Source of the DNA: Thainema sp.
GTDB taxonomy: Bacteria > Cyanobacteriota > Cyanobacteriia > Phormidesmidales > Phormidesmidaceae
NCBI GenBank assembly: GCA_052168235.1
Contig: JBQLZK010000013.1
Coordinates: 1-64,000, forward strand
Direction of reading: 5' to 3'
Length of the DNA stretch: 64,000 nt
Both the position numbers and the translations under genes were made by a program. Below the pieces are notes generated by a model. It was not told where the DNA came from. It worked only from the letters and a program-made list of their open reading frames with translations, and ran no database searches. Shown in pieces: positions 1-10,855 of this stretch. Every line of letters begins with the position of its first letter. The first letter of the stretch is position 1.

Positions 1-86
1 GCTATGACGTAATTGACCTCCTTTCGACTTGACTTTTAAGATAATCGCTCTCGCCCCACCCAATACGGTGCCCAATTTACGCGTAG

Positions 87-142
87 AAACCCACACTGAT
101 TTTGGTGAACAGCTTATGCTGTCACGAAATCAGTGTGGGTTT
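87..142. terminator. Inverted-repeat hairpin downstream of the antiporter gene (likely terminator)
   Basis: AAACCCACACTGATTT (87-102) pairs with AAATCAGTGTGGGTTT (127-142), just after the stop codon of the minus-strand gene. Confidence 0.55.
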
Positions 143-165
143 TTCAGATGATTTAGATATCAGCG

Positions 166-1731
166 TTATGAGTCGGCGGATTCTTTTTCCTCACCCGCCA
201 CAGACGCAGTGGCTTGACCGGCTGTAGACGATTCGGTAGATGACTCCATTGCCAAGGTTGCGCCATCGGCAGCAGCGAGGGCCGGGTCAGAGACAGGCGA
301 GGCTGCTTCGGTTTCCTTAAATACGATGCGCAGCAGCGGTGGAGCCACAAATGTTGTCAGAATCACCATGACGATGATGGCGGCATCCAGTGACTCGGAC
401 AACACGCCGCTGGCAGAGCCGACACCGGCAAAGACCAGACCCACTTCACCCCGTGGCACCATGCCAACTCCGATCGCCAGTCGATTGATATCAGGCTGAC
501 CAAACACCGTGAAGCCTGTGGCGACTTTACCGATAATGGCCACGATGATCAGGAAAGAAGCGATGATCAAGCCTTCGCGGTTCGCCGGATCTAGAGGATT
601 GAGAACGCTGAGGTCAGTCTTAGCACCGACGGTTACGAAGAAAACAGGCACCAGCATATCGGCGATTGGGCCAACCTGCTCTTCGATATCTTTGCGCTTG
701 CTGGTTTCGGCCAGAATCAGACCAGCGGCAAATGCACCTAGAATCGCTTCCAACTGAATAGCCGCAGCTACATAGGACAAGATGAAGGCGAAAATCAAAG
801 CCGAGATAATCACCTGTCCCCGCGTTTGCAGCTTTTCCACCAGAGCGACGAAATAAGGGCTCAGCAATCGACCCAGAAAAATCGAGCCAATCAGGAAAAC
901 CGCTGCTCCAATGATTAAGTAAATGACATTGGCAATCTCAATCTCACCTGTTTTCGCCAGACTGGCGACGACAGCCAGCACGATAATCCCCAGCACGTCG
1001 TCCAAGACAGCCGCTCCGATGATGATTTGTCCTTCTTTGGTGCTCAACTGGCGAATCTCGGCTAGGACTTTGGCTGTAATGCCAATACTGGTGGCCGTGA
1101 GAGCTGCACCCGCAAAGATGGCCGGAATCGTCGGTGTGCCAAAAATGGCGATTAACCCAGCGGTGCCTGCGGCGAACGGCAGCGCCACCCCAACTACGGC
1201 CACAATCGCAGCCTGTGGCCCCACTCGCAGCAGTTCCTTCAGGTCAGATTCCAGGCCAATTTCAAACAGCAGGATAATCACGCCCAGCTCGGCTAAAACC
1301 GAGATCACCTCGCTATCAGCACTGAAGACAGCAGAGAGTGCTGCAGGTTGCAGGCCAGCCGTTTGCTCCAAAAAGTTCATAATGAGTGAACTTGATGGTT
1401 CAGCAGCGGCGGCTCCTTCTGGAAAAACAATCAGGTTGAGCGCTGAAACGCCAACTACAACACCACCCACCAGTTCGCCCAGAACGGGGGGTAAATTTAT
1501 GCGGGCACACAGTTCTCCCCCAATCTTGGCGGCCATGTAAATTGCCACCAAGCTCAACAACACCCCGGCTAGGATAATCGGGCCAAGCTCGGCTTCATTA
1601 ACGGCTTCTCCTGCCTCCGCCACTTCAGCGAGTAACCCCGGAAAGGGAACAAGCAGGGCAGGGAGGTAACCGAGTGGATTGGGGAATGCCCCGAACAGCA
1701 TTGGGTCAATCATCAATTCTGCAAAACGCAT
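166..1731 (-). CDS. Cation:proton antiporter (CPA2 family, NhaS3-like)
   Basis: 521 aa, about 12 TM segments, motifs LFEIGLE, AAVLDDVLG, GMVPRGEVGL. Confidence 0.9.
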   Translation of the reverse strand: MRFAELMIDPMLFGAFPNPLGYLPALLVPFPGLLAEVAEAGEAVNEAELGPIILAGVLLSLVAIYMAAKIGGELCARINLPPVLGELVGGVVVGVSALNLIVFPEGAAAAEPSSSLIMNFLEQTAGLQPAALSAVFSADSEVISVLAELGVIILLFEIGLESDLKELLRVGPQAAIVAVVGVALPFAAGTAGLIAIFGTPTIPAIFAGAALTATSIGITAKVLAEIRQLSTKEGQIIIGAAVLDDVLGIIVLAVVASLAKTGEIEIANVIYLIIGAAVFLIGSIFLGRLLSPYFVALVEKLQTRGQVIISALIFAFILSYVAAAIQLEAILGAFAAGLILAETSKRKDIEEQVGPIADMLVPVFFVTVGAKTDLSVLNPLDPANREGLIIASFLIIVAIIGKVATGFTVFGQPDINRLAIGVGMVPRGEVGLVFAGVGSASGVLSESLDAAIIVMVILTTFVAPPLLRIVFKETEAASPVSDPALAAADGATLAMESSTESSTAGQATASVAGEEKESADS

Positions 1732-1795
1732 CCTGTCTACTCTACCTGAATCTTGGATAGGCGTTGTATCAGGCGATAGTTCAGTTTTTTCAAAA

Positions 1796-1848
1796 ATCCC
1801 CTCATCTTTGGGAGTGCAGCACTACCGCATTTTCAAAGATGAGGGGAT
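1796..1848. repeat. Intergenic inverted repeat / hairpin
   Basis: ATCCCCTCATCTTTG (1796-1810) pairs perfectly with CAAAGATGAGGGGAT (1834-1848). Confidence 0.7.
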
Positions 1849-1876
1849 ATTCTGAATTATTTCAAGATCCGTCGCC

Positions 1877-2695
1877 CTAGGCCGATAAGAACACTCGATG
1901 CTTGAGTGATGGCATTTGCTGGCGGACTTGTTCGATGCGGCTGGGGTTGATTTCTGCGATCGCAACTCCCGGTTCATTGCCCGCATCGGCCAGCACCATG
2001 CCCCAGGGGTCAATCACCATTGCGTGACCGTGGGACTGCCGCAGGGCGTTGTGGCGACCCACCTGAGCAGGAGCAACGACGTAACAGGTGTTTTCAATTG
2101 CGCGTGCCTGGAGCAAAACTTTCCAGTGATCTTTACCTGTGTAAGCCGTAAACGCGGCTGGAATGAACATCACTTCGGCCCCCATCTGTGAGAGATGGCG
2201 ATAGAGTTCCGGGAAGCGCACGTCGTAGCAAATCGATAGCCCTAAGTTGCCAAGCTCTTTGGAGGGATAAATCGATGGCGGCTGTACTCCAGCCAGTACC
2301 GTTTTAGATTCCTGGTACATATTGCCATCCGGCAGATTGACATCAAACAGATGCACTTTGTCATAGCGAGCCAGTTCCTGCCCGTCAGACCCCACCAGCA
2401 GCGCTCGATTGTGGACTTTACCCGTTTCAATTGGCACCGGATAGCCACCGCCCAAAATGGTCACCTGGTAGCGCTGTGCCATTTGCTTAAGGAACTTTTC
2501 ACTGGCAGAGGCAATATGAGCCGCTTGAGCCAGTTTTTGGTCTTCATCGCCTAAAAACGGAAAATTCTCTGGTAGAGCAATGAGTTCGGCTCCCTGCCGA
2601 ATCGCCAAATCAATTAAATCTTCAGCCTGAGCCAAATTGGCTTCTACATTTGGCCGACTGTTCATTTGTAACGCTGCAACCAGATAAGACTTCAT
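1877..2695 (-). CDS. Carbon-nitrogen hydrolase (Nit1-like, deaminated glutathione amidase type)
   Basis: Nitrilase triad motifs LPEN, YDKVHLFD, ICYDVRFPE; ARAIEN. Confidence 0.9.
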   Translation of the reverse strand: MKSYLVAALQMNSRPNVEANLAQAEDLIDLAIRQGAELIALPENFPFLGDEDQKLAQAAHIASASEKFLKQMAQRYQVTILGGGYPVPIETGKVHNRALLVGSDGQELARYDKVHLFDVNLPDGNMYQESKTVLAGVQPPSIYPSKELGNLGLSICYDVRFPELYRHLSQMGAEVMFIPAAFTAYTGKDHWKVLLQARAIENTCYVVAPAQVGRHNALRQSHGHAMVIDPWGMVLADAGNEPGVAIAEINPSRIEQVRQQMPSLKHRVFLSA

Positions 2696-3426
2696 AGATC
2701 TGTTGTACTCTTCACAAAATAGATGGAACGAAATTCAAGTTGATGGTTAATGATTCGGCAAAAAGTATCCCGACACCTCAGCAACTCCCTTGAAAAAGGA
2801 AGTATCTGTCCGAATTGCGATCGCAAAAGTCGTGAGGCAACCATTAAGGATCTTGCATCTTACCGCTTAGCAACCGTCCTGATTTGAGTTTTTAGGATCA
2901 GTAGCAACGTCACCGCAACGTCTGTTAATCGGCCTTCGGTTATCGGTATTCGAAGCCAGCAGACCTAGCCAGTCGGGACAGGCTGAGCTAAAAGCTAACC
3001 GGCAGCATAGAGGTGGTCTATACCAAGTGTTCCCTCCACCAATCTAGCAACCATCAAGGTTGTTAGATGCGGCACTTCTCAGGTGGTTTAGACGTCATCG
3101 CCATTGGGCTGATTGTCGTTGACAGCACCGCTTGAGCAGCAGCCAAGAGGGTAAAAGTCATCCGCTTGTCCAGGAAAGCTTTCTCCAAGACGAACTGTCA
3201 AGACTGACTGTAAGGAAATAAGACAATTAATATGGATAAGTTAAAACACTGGATTTAAGACTTAAATTGCTCTCAAATGCTGATTCCATAGGGTTAGTAG
3301 ATTCAAGGCAGTTGAGAACTTTATTCTATTTTACAGCCTGTCGGGATGCGGTCTATTACCCGATCCGGCTATAAAATCCCAGAAGTTTTTTGAACGACAG
3401 ACAGCGCCAGTGTTTGTACAAAAACT

Positions 3427-5649
3427 TTGATGTTGAGAGGGCTTATGACATCACCACTACACTGGAATCGGCGTCGATTTTTGCAGGCCGCAGGCGCAAC
3501 GGCAGCGGCATTAGGCTGGAATCAGCTTGATATTTGGCGACAGGGGCAAGCCGCTCGTCGAGTTTTGGCCCAAACTGCACCGCGCAAACTGGCTCTACTG
3601 GTTGGCATTAACGACTATCCCGCCAGTAGCGGCATGGCACCGCTCGATGGCTGTGTGAATGATGTCGAAATGCAGTATCACCTGCTGGTTCATCGGTTTG
3701 GCTTTGATGCGAACAATATTGTCAAGCTAACCGATGGACAGGCAACTCGCGATCGCATTTTAAGCACCTTCGACTCCCACTTGATTCAGCAAGCCCAACC
3801 TGGCGACGTCGTCGTTTTTCACTTCTCTGGACACGGTTCCCAGGTACTTGACCCGGATCGAGACAATGTTGATGGCTTAAACAGTACGCTGGTGCCCGTC
3901 GATAGTCCCTTACCGTCCGGTTATCCCCGCGAGGGTGGCTCCGTGCGAGACATCACGGGACATACGCTGTTTTTGCTAATGTCTGCGATTCAGACCGAAA
4001 ATCTGACAGTGGTTTTGGATAGCTGCTACTCCGGTGGCGGCACGCGGGGTAATTTCAAAGTGCGATCGCGCTCCGGCGGATCGGCCCTGCAAATGAGTCA
4101 AGAAGAACTGGACTATCAGCAGCAGTTGCTGGCGCGGCTGAATATGACGCCTGATGAGTTTATTCAAAAGCGGCGGGCGGGTGTGGCCAAAGGAGTTGCG
4201 ATCGCATCTACCAAGCGTGACCAGCTTGCCGCAGATGCGGCCTTCGATGATTTCTATGCGGGGGCATTTACCTACACGTTCACTCAGTACCTCTGGCAGC
4301 AGCCTGGAAACGAGCCGTTTAGCCAAGCGATTCCTAACGTAGCTCGCAGCACCCACGCAATTTCATTTACCGCCCAGGAACCACTGCTAGAGGTGGCTCC
4401 CAACAGCCAAGGCTCGCAAAAATCAGTATTTTTCGTGCAAAAGCAGGCTCCGCCAGCCGAAGCGGTAATCACTCAGGTCAACGGTAATCAGGCAGAAGTC
4501 TGGTTCGGCGGACTCAATCCAGATAGTTTAGTCGCATTTCGCCAGGGAGCCTTGCTATCTGCGGTCGATCAATATGGTAATGAGCAGGGGCTCTTACAGC
4601 TTGAGTCACGCAACGGACTCGTGGGGCAGGGGCAACTGCTGGATGCTGTTCAGCCAGGAGCGCTGTTGCAGGAACGGGCTAGAGGGATTCCGTCCGATAT
4701 TTCGCTCCAGATTGGCCTGCACGACTCGCTCGGAGCCGACTACAGCACGGCTCAGCAGGCACTAGCAGCACTGCCTCGAATTGAGCCTAAAGCACTCCAG
4801 GCTGGTGAGGTACAGTACATCTTCGGCAAGATGACGGCTGATTTGGCCGCTTTTACGGGAACGTATCGTCCAGAAATGAACAGCTTTGGCCTCTTTTCAG
4901 CGGGACTGGAACCCATGCCAGATTCCTTCGGTGCGGCGGGTGAATCCGTCACTGGAGCTGTACAGCGGCTGCAAGCAAAACTGCGATCGCTATTAGCCGC
5001 GCGATTGGTGAAACTCACGCTGAATACCAACTCATCCCGACTAAATGTCTCAGTAGACATGCAATCAGAGTCCGGTAGCCAACTTTGGGCATCGCTGGTT
5101 ACAACGCGGAGTTCCAAAACCGCACCACCCGCCATCCCTGGTATCACGCAAATTCCAGTAGGGACATCGCTACAGTTTGAAGTTCAAAATCGAGAAGCCC
5201 GTGATCTATATCTCAGCGTATTAACCATTGATGCCGCAGGTGAGCTAACCGTCATTTATCCAGTGCAGTGGACGACAGGCGATGCGGCCATGCTCTTGCC
5301 TGCCGGACAGACACTCCGGATTCCCGATTTAACTCGCGATCGCTTTCAGATTGTGACGCAGCCACCAATTGGCTTGACTGAAGTGCTGGTGCTGGCCAGT
5401 AATACCCCTCTGACCAATACACTGCTGGCATTGCGTAATTTAGCCAATCAGCTTAATCAGGTGAGTGGGCCGATTGCCCTCGCGCGGGGAGCAGGCACAG
5501 AAGCTGATGCTGTTGGTGTAATTGAAGGATTGTTGAGCGATGTAAATCAAGTGGCTCAACCCTTTGGCGGCGTGAGTCGGCAGACTAATGCGCAAACGAT
5601 TGATACGACTCAGTTAGCGGCAATGTCACTTACGTTTGATGTTGTTTGA
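3427..5649 (+). CDS. Caspase-family (metacaspase/orthocaspase) peptidase with twin-arginine signal and C-terminal DUF4384-like domain
   Basis: RRRFLQ Tat motif; ALLVGINDY, HFSGHG (His), DSCYSG (Cys); beta-rich C-terminal domain. Confidence 0.85.
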   Translation: MMLRGLMTSPLHWNRRRFLQAAGATAAALGWNQLDIWRQGQAARRVLAQTAPRKLALLVGINDYPASSGMAPLDGCVNDVEMQYHLLVHRFGFDANNIVKLTDGQATRDRILSTFDSHLIQQAQPGDVVVFHFSGHGSQVLDPDRDNVDGLNSTLVPVDSPLPSGYPREGGSVRDITGHTLFLLMSAIQTENLTVVLDSCYSGGGTRGNFKVRSRSGGSALQMSQEELDYQQQLLARLNMTPDEFIQKRRAGVAKGVAIASTKRDQLAADAAFDDFYAGAFTYTFTQYLWQQPGNEPFSQAIPNVARSTHAISFTAQEPLLEVAPNSQGSQKSVFFVQKQAPPAEAVITQVNGNQAEVWFGGLNPDSLVAFRQGALLSAVDQYGNEQGLLQLESRNGLVGQGQLLDAVQPGALLQERARGIPSDISLQIGLHDSLGADYSTAQQALAALPRIEPKALQAGEVQYIFGKMTADLAAFTGTYRPEMNSFGLFSAGLEPMPDSFGAAGESVTGAVQRLQAKLRSLLAARLVKLTLNTNSSRLNVSVDMQSESGSQLWASLVTTRSSKTAPPAIPGITQIPVGTSLQFEVQNREARDLYLSVLTIDAAGELTVIYPVQWTTGDAAMLLPAGQTLRIPDLTRDRFQIVTQPPIGLTEVLVLASNTPLTNTLLALRNLANQLNQVSGPIALARGAGTEADAVGVIEGLLSDVNQVAQPFGGVSRQTNAQTIDTTQLAAMSLTFDVV

Positions 5650-5844
5650 CAACGTTGCTGAATAGCATATATATCCGGCCCAATGTTGCGAATGACTGGC
5701 CCAGAGAACGGCCCAAAAATTGGCCCAAATAATTGGTTAGTGAGATCGCACTATCCAACCTACAGCGAATTTATAAGCAGGCATTTCGCAAAAAATTAAT
5801 TTGAGGATTCGATAACCGGATTTCGTGTGAGTAGACTAATACAT

Positions 5845-6242
5845 GAGGAAGAGTCGGCGAGGCAGTTGCGAATCAAGATCGAGGTCTTGATTTGAGGAAA
5901 GTCCGGGCTCCCAAAGAACCAAACTTGCTGGGTAACGCCCAGTGCGGGTGACCGTGAGGAGAGTGCCACAGAAACATACCGCCGATGGCGGCAACCGTTC
6001 CCGGTTGTCTGCACAGGTAAGGGTGCAAGGGTGCGGTAAGAGCGCACCAGCAGCATCGAGAGGTGCTGGCTCGGTAAACCCCGGTTGGGAGCAAGGTCAG
6101 AGGAACAATGGTTGGTTCTTTTCCAGTTCCGCTTTTAGAGGTACCGCATGAGGCATCTGGTAACAGGTGTCCCAGATAGATAACTGCCCTGCTGAGCAAC
6201 CATTCAGCAGAACAGAACCCGGCTTATGTCTGGCTTTTCCTC
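5845..6242 (+). ncRNA. rnpB: RNase P RNA (type A)
   Basis: Universal GAGGAAAGTCCGGGC and AACAGAACCCGGCTTA motifs; 5' GAGGAAGAG pairs with 3' CTTTTCCTC; candidate -10 TAGACT at 5832-5837. Confidence 0.97.
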
Positions 6243-6693
6243 ATCTTTAAAGATGAATTATGTTGCAAATTCGTGATGGAGTAGGTCAGAACAGCTCAAA
6301 AAGATGGTCTTGAGGAAACGCATTGCATATAAACCAGTACAAATTTCTGAATAGACAGCACAGCGGCACGTTCGGAAATTTAGAATTGGTTATAAGTCGG
6401 TTGGCATACATAAACTCAACTTAAAACAAACTCAACTTTAAAACCGGGAGGGCATCCTGAGGGCTACTCTTTCGTTTTTCGGTTCTTAAGTTCAGTTATA
6501 TGCCGTGAGTGAGCCATAACTGCGATCGCACTGGTCGAATTGCTTGTAATACCAAGTATCGTTAAACTGCTGATTTACAGGCAACCTGGCCTGCCATTCT
6601 CGCAGGCTCTGTGCAATGGCTATCACTTAATCGGCGATTAATCTGCGTTGCCAAACCGCAGATTTAGACTTCATTTTTCAACAGAGTAGCATT

Positions 6694-7398
6694 GTGAAGC
6701 ACCCTCAGCGTCAGCAACAACTTCAGCAATTTATCCGCAAGTTAGGACTCCCCGAAACAGCTGCGGTCAATTGGCAGCAGCTTGACCTAGCGCTGACCCA
6801 CTCATCGGTCTCAACGGTCAACTATGAGCAGCTTGAATTCTTGGGCGATGCCGTTTTGCGGTTAGTCGCGGCTGAGTTTTTGCTGGAACACTATGCAGCC
6901 AGTCCGGTGGGGGAACTCGCTGCGATTCGGTCGTCCCTGGTTAGCGATCGCACCTTATCCGAGATCAGCGCCAGCTACGGTCTCGATCGATATCTGGCCG
7001 TTTCCGGCAGTGCGGCCCGCGATCGAGCTGGGCGGCAATCGCGCCTAGCTGAAGCCTTTGAAGCGGTTGTGGGGGCGCTGTACCTCAGTACAATGGACTC
7101 TAGCTTAATCCGGCCCTGGCTAGATGCTCACTTTGCCCAGCGCGCCACCGAAATTCGCGCCGATCCAGCCTTACAAAACTACAAAGCTGCTTTACAGGAA
7201 TGGACACAGGCCCATCATAAGCAGCTACCAGAATATCGCGTCAAAGAAGTCTGCGCTAGCCACGGCAGCGCAGAGCGATTTGAAGCTGAGGTTTGGTTTA
7301 AGGATGAATGCTTGGGTATCGGTAAAGGTCGATCCATTAAGCTAGCGGAGCAGGCCGCTGCCCGTGCCGCATTCCTCCATTTGACAATGCCAATTTAG
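6694..7398 (+). CDS. rnc: Ribonuclease III
   Basis: Signature NYEQLEFLGDAVL, EAVVGALY; C-terminal dsRBD (NYKAALQEWTQ...AEQAAA). Confidence 0.93.
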   Translation: MKHPQRQQQLQQFIRKLGLPETAAVNWQQLDLALTHSSVSTVNYEQLEFLGDAVLRLVAAEFLLEHYAASPVGELAAIRSSLVSDRTLSEISASYGLDRYLAVSGSAARDRAGRQSRLAEAFEAVVGALYLSTMDSSLIRPWLDAHFAQRATEIRADPALQNYKAALQEWTQAHHKQLPEYRVKEVCASHGSAERFEAEVWFKDECLGIGKGRSIKLAEQAAARAAFLHLTMPI

Positions 7399-7407
7399 GA
7401 CGCTGGC

Positions 7408-7803
7408 TCAGCCAGCGATATCGCGAGGCACCCCTTCTAGAGCTTCTTCCTCGGTTTCAAAAATTTCAAATACCGAATCCATCATCGTCACTTCAAACAC
7501 CAGTTTGGCTTCTGGATGAACGTTACAGATGCGGAAGCTACCTTTGACCTTGTCGGCATCGCGCATGCCTGCAACCAAGGAGGTTAGGCCAGAGCTATCG
7601 ATAAAATTCACTTGCCCCAAATTAACGACGACATGGGGACTGACTCGCGAAATGCACTCCTGTAGCTTTAGCCGAAACTGCCATGCCGTTGTGATATCCA
7701 AACGACCAGTGGGAGTCAGGATGATGACGGTTTTGCCGTCTTCCGTTGTATGAGTACGTTGCTCCATATTTGCGCTGTTGACCTCTCCCATGCTAACAAC
7801 CAA
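7408..7803 (-). CDS. Anti-sigma factor antagonist (STAS domain)
   Basis: GRLD...VNFIDSSGL motif of SpoIIAA/RsbV-type proteins. Confidence 0.88.
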   Translation of the reverse strand: MVVSMGEVNSANMEQRTHTTEDGKTVIILTPTGRLDITTAWQFRLKLQECISRVSPHVVVNLGQVNFIDSSGLTSLVAGMRDADKVKGSFRICNVHPEAKLVFEVTMMDSVFEIFETEEEALEGVPRDIAG

Positions 7804-8089
7804 TGTGAGGAACTTTGCGGTTTGGCTGTGACCAAGCTGTACCTATATACTGCCCAGACTGACTACGAATCCATCATGATGAACCGGATTGATTCCCGGA
7901 TTGACATCATAGTACGGATGAAAGGTCGATCTCTGTCCATAATCGCTGATTGGGTTGAATGCGATCGCAAACTGCCCCTGTATGATACCGAAGGAACTCC
8001 CAAACAAACAGTCTCAAACTCAATCTATCGGAACGACAGCATAGTTTTTATCAGTAAACTGCGCTTCAAACTACCTAGACATGAGAACT

Positions 8090-8158
8090 GTGGGGGCGGG
8101 TTTAGTCATCCAAGTGATGGCCTTTAGCCAAAATTGGTCAATACAACCCGCCCCCTAC
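8090..8158. repeat. REP-like inverted repeat pair
   Basis: GTGGGGGCGGGTT ... AACCCGCCCCCTAC, resembling cyanobacterial GTAG-type REP sequences. Confidence 0.6.
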
Positions 8159-8182
8159 TAAACGTTTGTGTCCTAAATCGCT

Positions 8183-9208
8183 CTACGCTTGCCAGTGAAT
8201 CCAATCTTGCGGCTTGAGGAACGTCTCGTATAGCTGAGCTTCGGGCGAATTTGGCTCCGGATCGTAGCTATATTCCCAACGCACCAGCGGCGGCAGCGAC
8301 ATAAGGATTGATTCCGTGCGGCCATTGGTTTGCAGCCCAAAGATGGTGCCTCGGTCATACACCAGGTTGAATTCGACATAGCGTCCCCGGCGATAAAGCT
8401 GAAACTGCCGTTCGCGATCGCTATATTCAGTATTGTGCCGCTGCTCAACGATGGGCACATAGGCAGGCAAAAAGGCGTGACCGCAGCTTTGGGCAAAGCT
8501 GAACAAATCTTCCCAACTCCGCTGCGGTAGCTCACCAATTTCTCGGCTGAGCTGAGCAGCAGGCCCATTCTGATCCGGCCCCCGATACAGTTCGCCGCGT
8601 CCGTCTTGGTAGTCGAAGAAGATGCCGCCAACACCGCGCGTTTCCTGGCGATGCTTCAGGTAGAAATACTCGTCACACCAGAGCTTAAACACGGGATAGT
8701 AGTCGGTATGGTGGCGATCGCAAGCATCCTTAATCGTTTGGTGGAAGCGCACCACATCGTCTGCAAACGGGTAGTAGGGCGTCAGGTCAATGCCGCCGCC
8801 AAACCACCAGACCGGCCCAGCCTCAAAGTAGCGGTAGTTGAGATGAACCGTTGGTACATAGGGATTGCGGGGATGCAGCACCATCGAAGTGCCCGTGGCG
8901 AAAAAGCCATGTCCAGCCGCTTCCGGACGCTGCGCTAAGATCGATGGTGGGAGCTGGTCGCCCCACACTTCGGAAAAATTTACGCCGCCCTGCTCAAAAA
9001 TATTGCCCTGCTTGAGCACGCGGGAACGACCACCGCCGCCTTCCTCCCGCTGCCAAGCATCTTCTTGGAAGGCTTTGCCATCTAGCTCAGAGAGCTTTTG
9101 ACAGATTTGATCCTGCAAATCCATCATGAATTGCTTAACGCGATCGCGAGAATCGGCAGGTGGAACAGAAGCAGAAACTTTGGAAGGAGTAGGAGTCGTC
9201 TGGGTCAT
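8183..9208 (-). CDS. hemF: Oxygen-dependent coproporphyrinogen III oxidase
   Basis: [44 protein letters not shown] motifs. Confidence 0.97.
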   Translation of the reverse strand: MTQTTPTPSKVSASVPPADSRDRVKQFMMDLQDQICQKLSELDGKAFQEDAWQREEGGGGRSRVLKQGNIFEQGGVNFSEVWGDQLPPSILAQRPEAAGHGFFATGTSMVLHPRNPYVPTVHLNYRYFEAGPVWWFGGGIDLTPYYPFADDVVRFHQTIKDACDRHHTDYYPVFKLWCDEYFYLKHRQETRGVGGIFFDYQDGRGELYRGPDQNGPAAQLSREIGELPQRSWEDLFSFAQSCGHAFLPAYVPIVEQRHNTEYSDRERQFQLYRRGRYVEFNLVYDRGTIFGLQTNGRTESILMSLPPLVRWEYSYDPEPNSPEAQLYETFLKPQDWIHWQA

Positions 9209-9618
9209 ACCGTTTACTGTGGCATTTTAAACGTCAGCGGAGCCAAAAGCTGTAGAAGGCAGAATTATTAAAAACTACGAGTCACTAGACCAATAGTTAG
9301 ACAACCTATACAAACGGCTCCAAAGAAGGATTTCAAGTTATTCTTTATTGCTTGATGCTTACCTAGCCTAGCCTGAAATCAAGCCAAAAAACGGCAGTCA
9401 AAGTGTTTCTCGCATTGAGAAATGTAAACTACGGACAATAACAACGATGACATTGGAATCCCAATCGGATGTGTAGGATACTACACTCAAGAATGATGCT
9501 AAACGAAGTGGATCAATAGTAGTAAACGGATTGATGTAATAATTTTGCGCTGCTAGTTTATCCACTTTTAGCGATGAGTTAGCTCATCTTTCCGTATTTA
9601 AATCGAAGGTTTAGCCAC

Positions 9619-10206
9619 ATGCCGAACTGGAAACTTTTTAAGCGTTATCATCGCCCGGATGACTTGAAGCATTGGCTGGTCAGCACATACCAAGCCATCA
9701 GTTCAGCATCAGTAGATGATCTGTGGCAAACCGTAATTAATTTAGCCGATTTATCCTGGCATCCGCTGATTACGCAAACCAATGTGCCCAATGGCTTAAC
9801 CGCCAAGCCGGGACTGATTTTTCGGGCCGTCACCTGCATTTTTCCGATTCCGATTCGCCTATTTGTTGAGCGCGTTTCACCCCATGAACTGTTGAGCATT
9901 CGCTTAGTTGCCTTTCCGGGCATTGAGGAACGTGTGACTTACCGAATTGAATCAACCGTTTGCGGCACCCGAATTTCCTATTCCGTGGCGCTACGCGGCT
10001 GGTTGTCCCCTCTGGCTTGGTCGTTGATTCGGCCCTACGCGGCTCAAGTTGCGGCTAATTTGGCTCAAGCGGCTGAACAGTCGGCACGCGGTGTCTTGCC
10101 GCCACCCAAACCCTCACAGCGCTGGTGCCAAGACCTGTTCGGCTTGATCGTTCTCTTGCCCAGTGTGGGATTGCTGTGGTGCGTGGTTGGTCAGTGCAGC
10201 ACTTAA
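9619..10206 (+). CDS. SRPBCC / polyketide cyclase-like protein
   Basis: Resembles conserved cyanobacterial START-fold proteins (LWQ.V.NLADLSWHP). Confidence 0.7.
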   Translation: MPNWKLFKRYHRPDDLKHWLVSTYQAISSASVDDLWQTVINLADLSWHPLITQTNVPNGLTAKPGLIFRAVTCIFPIPIRLFVERVSPHELLSIRLVAFPGIEERVTYRIESTVCGTRISYSVALRGWLSPLAWSLIRPYAAQVAANLAQAAEQSARGVLPPPKPSQRWCQDLFGLIVLLPSVGLLWCVVGQCST

Positions 10207-10309
10207 GAACGCGAATTTAATACAGTGAGCTCTTTGGGGTGGGACACGGGGCATTGCCGTATCCCTACGAGTGGAACGGTTTATAGGCTATTTGATCTAC
10301 AGTCCTTAG
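10202..10309. mobile_element. MITE-like element with central REP palindrome (copy 1)
   Basis: Aligns end-to-end with 54411-54517; central GGGACACGG..GC-ATT-GCCGTATCCCTAC. Confidence 0.65.
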
Positions 10310-10483
10310 CTCAACGTCAAAATCTACCCAATGGTCGCCCCACTTGCCTCTGGCGATGGAGACTTATTCAGCGAATTAGATCTACAACTGAAATTAGATT
10401 GAATACAAAAACTCTGGGCTGCATGACTCAAGCTATCTTGCGGTGCAGTTTCGTTGCTATTTCAAAAAATAAAGGATTTAGAT

Positions 10484-10855
10484 ATGGTTGGAATATTACT
10501 TGCCGGTCTAGCCACTGCATTGAGTTTGCTGGTGGTTGACCTTGTTGTCCCTGGCGTTGACATCGCTACCTTCACCGCTGCTCTCCTCGCAGCCGCTTCG
10601 GTTGGTGTTGTGAATGCTTTCATCAAACCCGTGATCACGACTCTGTCGATGCCGATCACATTTGTCACCTTTGGCCTCTTCTCATTAATTGTAAACGGCC
10701 TATGCTTCTGGTTGGCATCTGTTTTGGTGCCTGGATTTATTGTCCGTGGCCCACTCGGATTTATTCTTGGCCCCATCGTGCTGTCTTTTGTTAGCACGTT
10801 CTTGGTTAACTACTTTGCCAAGAAATATCCCGATACGGAACTCGGAGCTGAATAA
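10484..10855 (+). CDS. 4-TM phage-holin-family (YvlD-like) membrane protein
   Basis: VNAFIKPV...P.TFVTFGLF.L.VNG motif; ATG at 10484 preceded by AAGGA. Confidence 0.8.
   Translation: MVGILLAGLATALSLLVVDLVVPGVDIATFTAALLAAASVGVVNAFIKPVITTLSMPITFVTFGLFSLIVNGLCFWLASVLVPGFIVRGPLGFILGPIVLSFVSTFLVNYFAKKYPDTELGAE

Noticed and set aside
2700..3420. Long intergenic region as a possible ncRNA or riboswitch
   Set aside because: No recognisable consensus or convincing long stem; compatible with divergent promoters.
5796..6199. ORFs of 69-108 aa overlapping this region
   Set aside because: They overlap the unambiguous RNase P RNA and are spurious.
10484..10855. Holin as evidence of a prophage
   Set aside because: This 4-TM family is a common chromosomal gene, and no phage genes are nearby.
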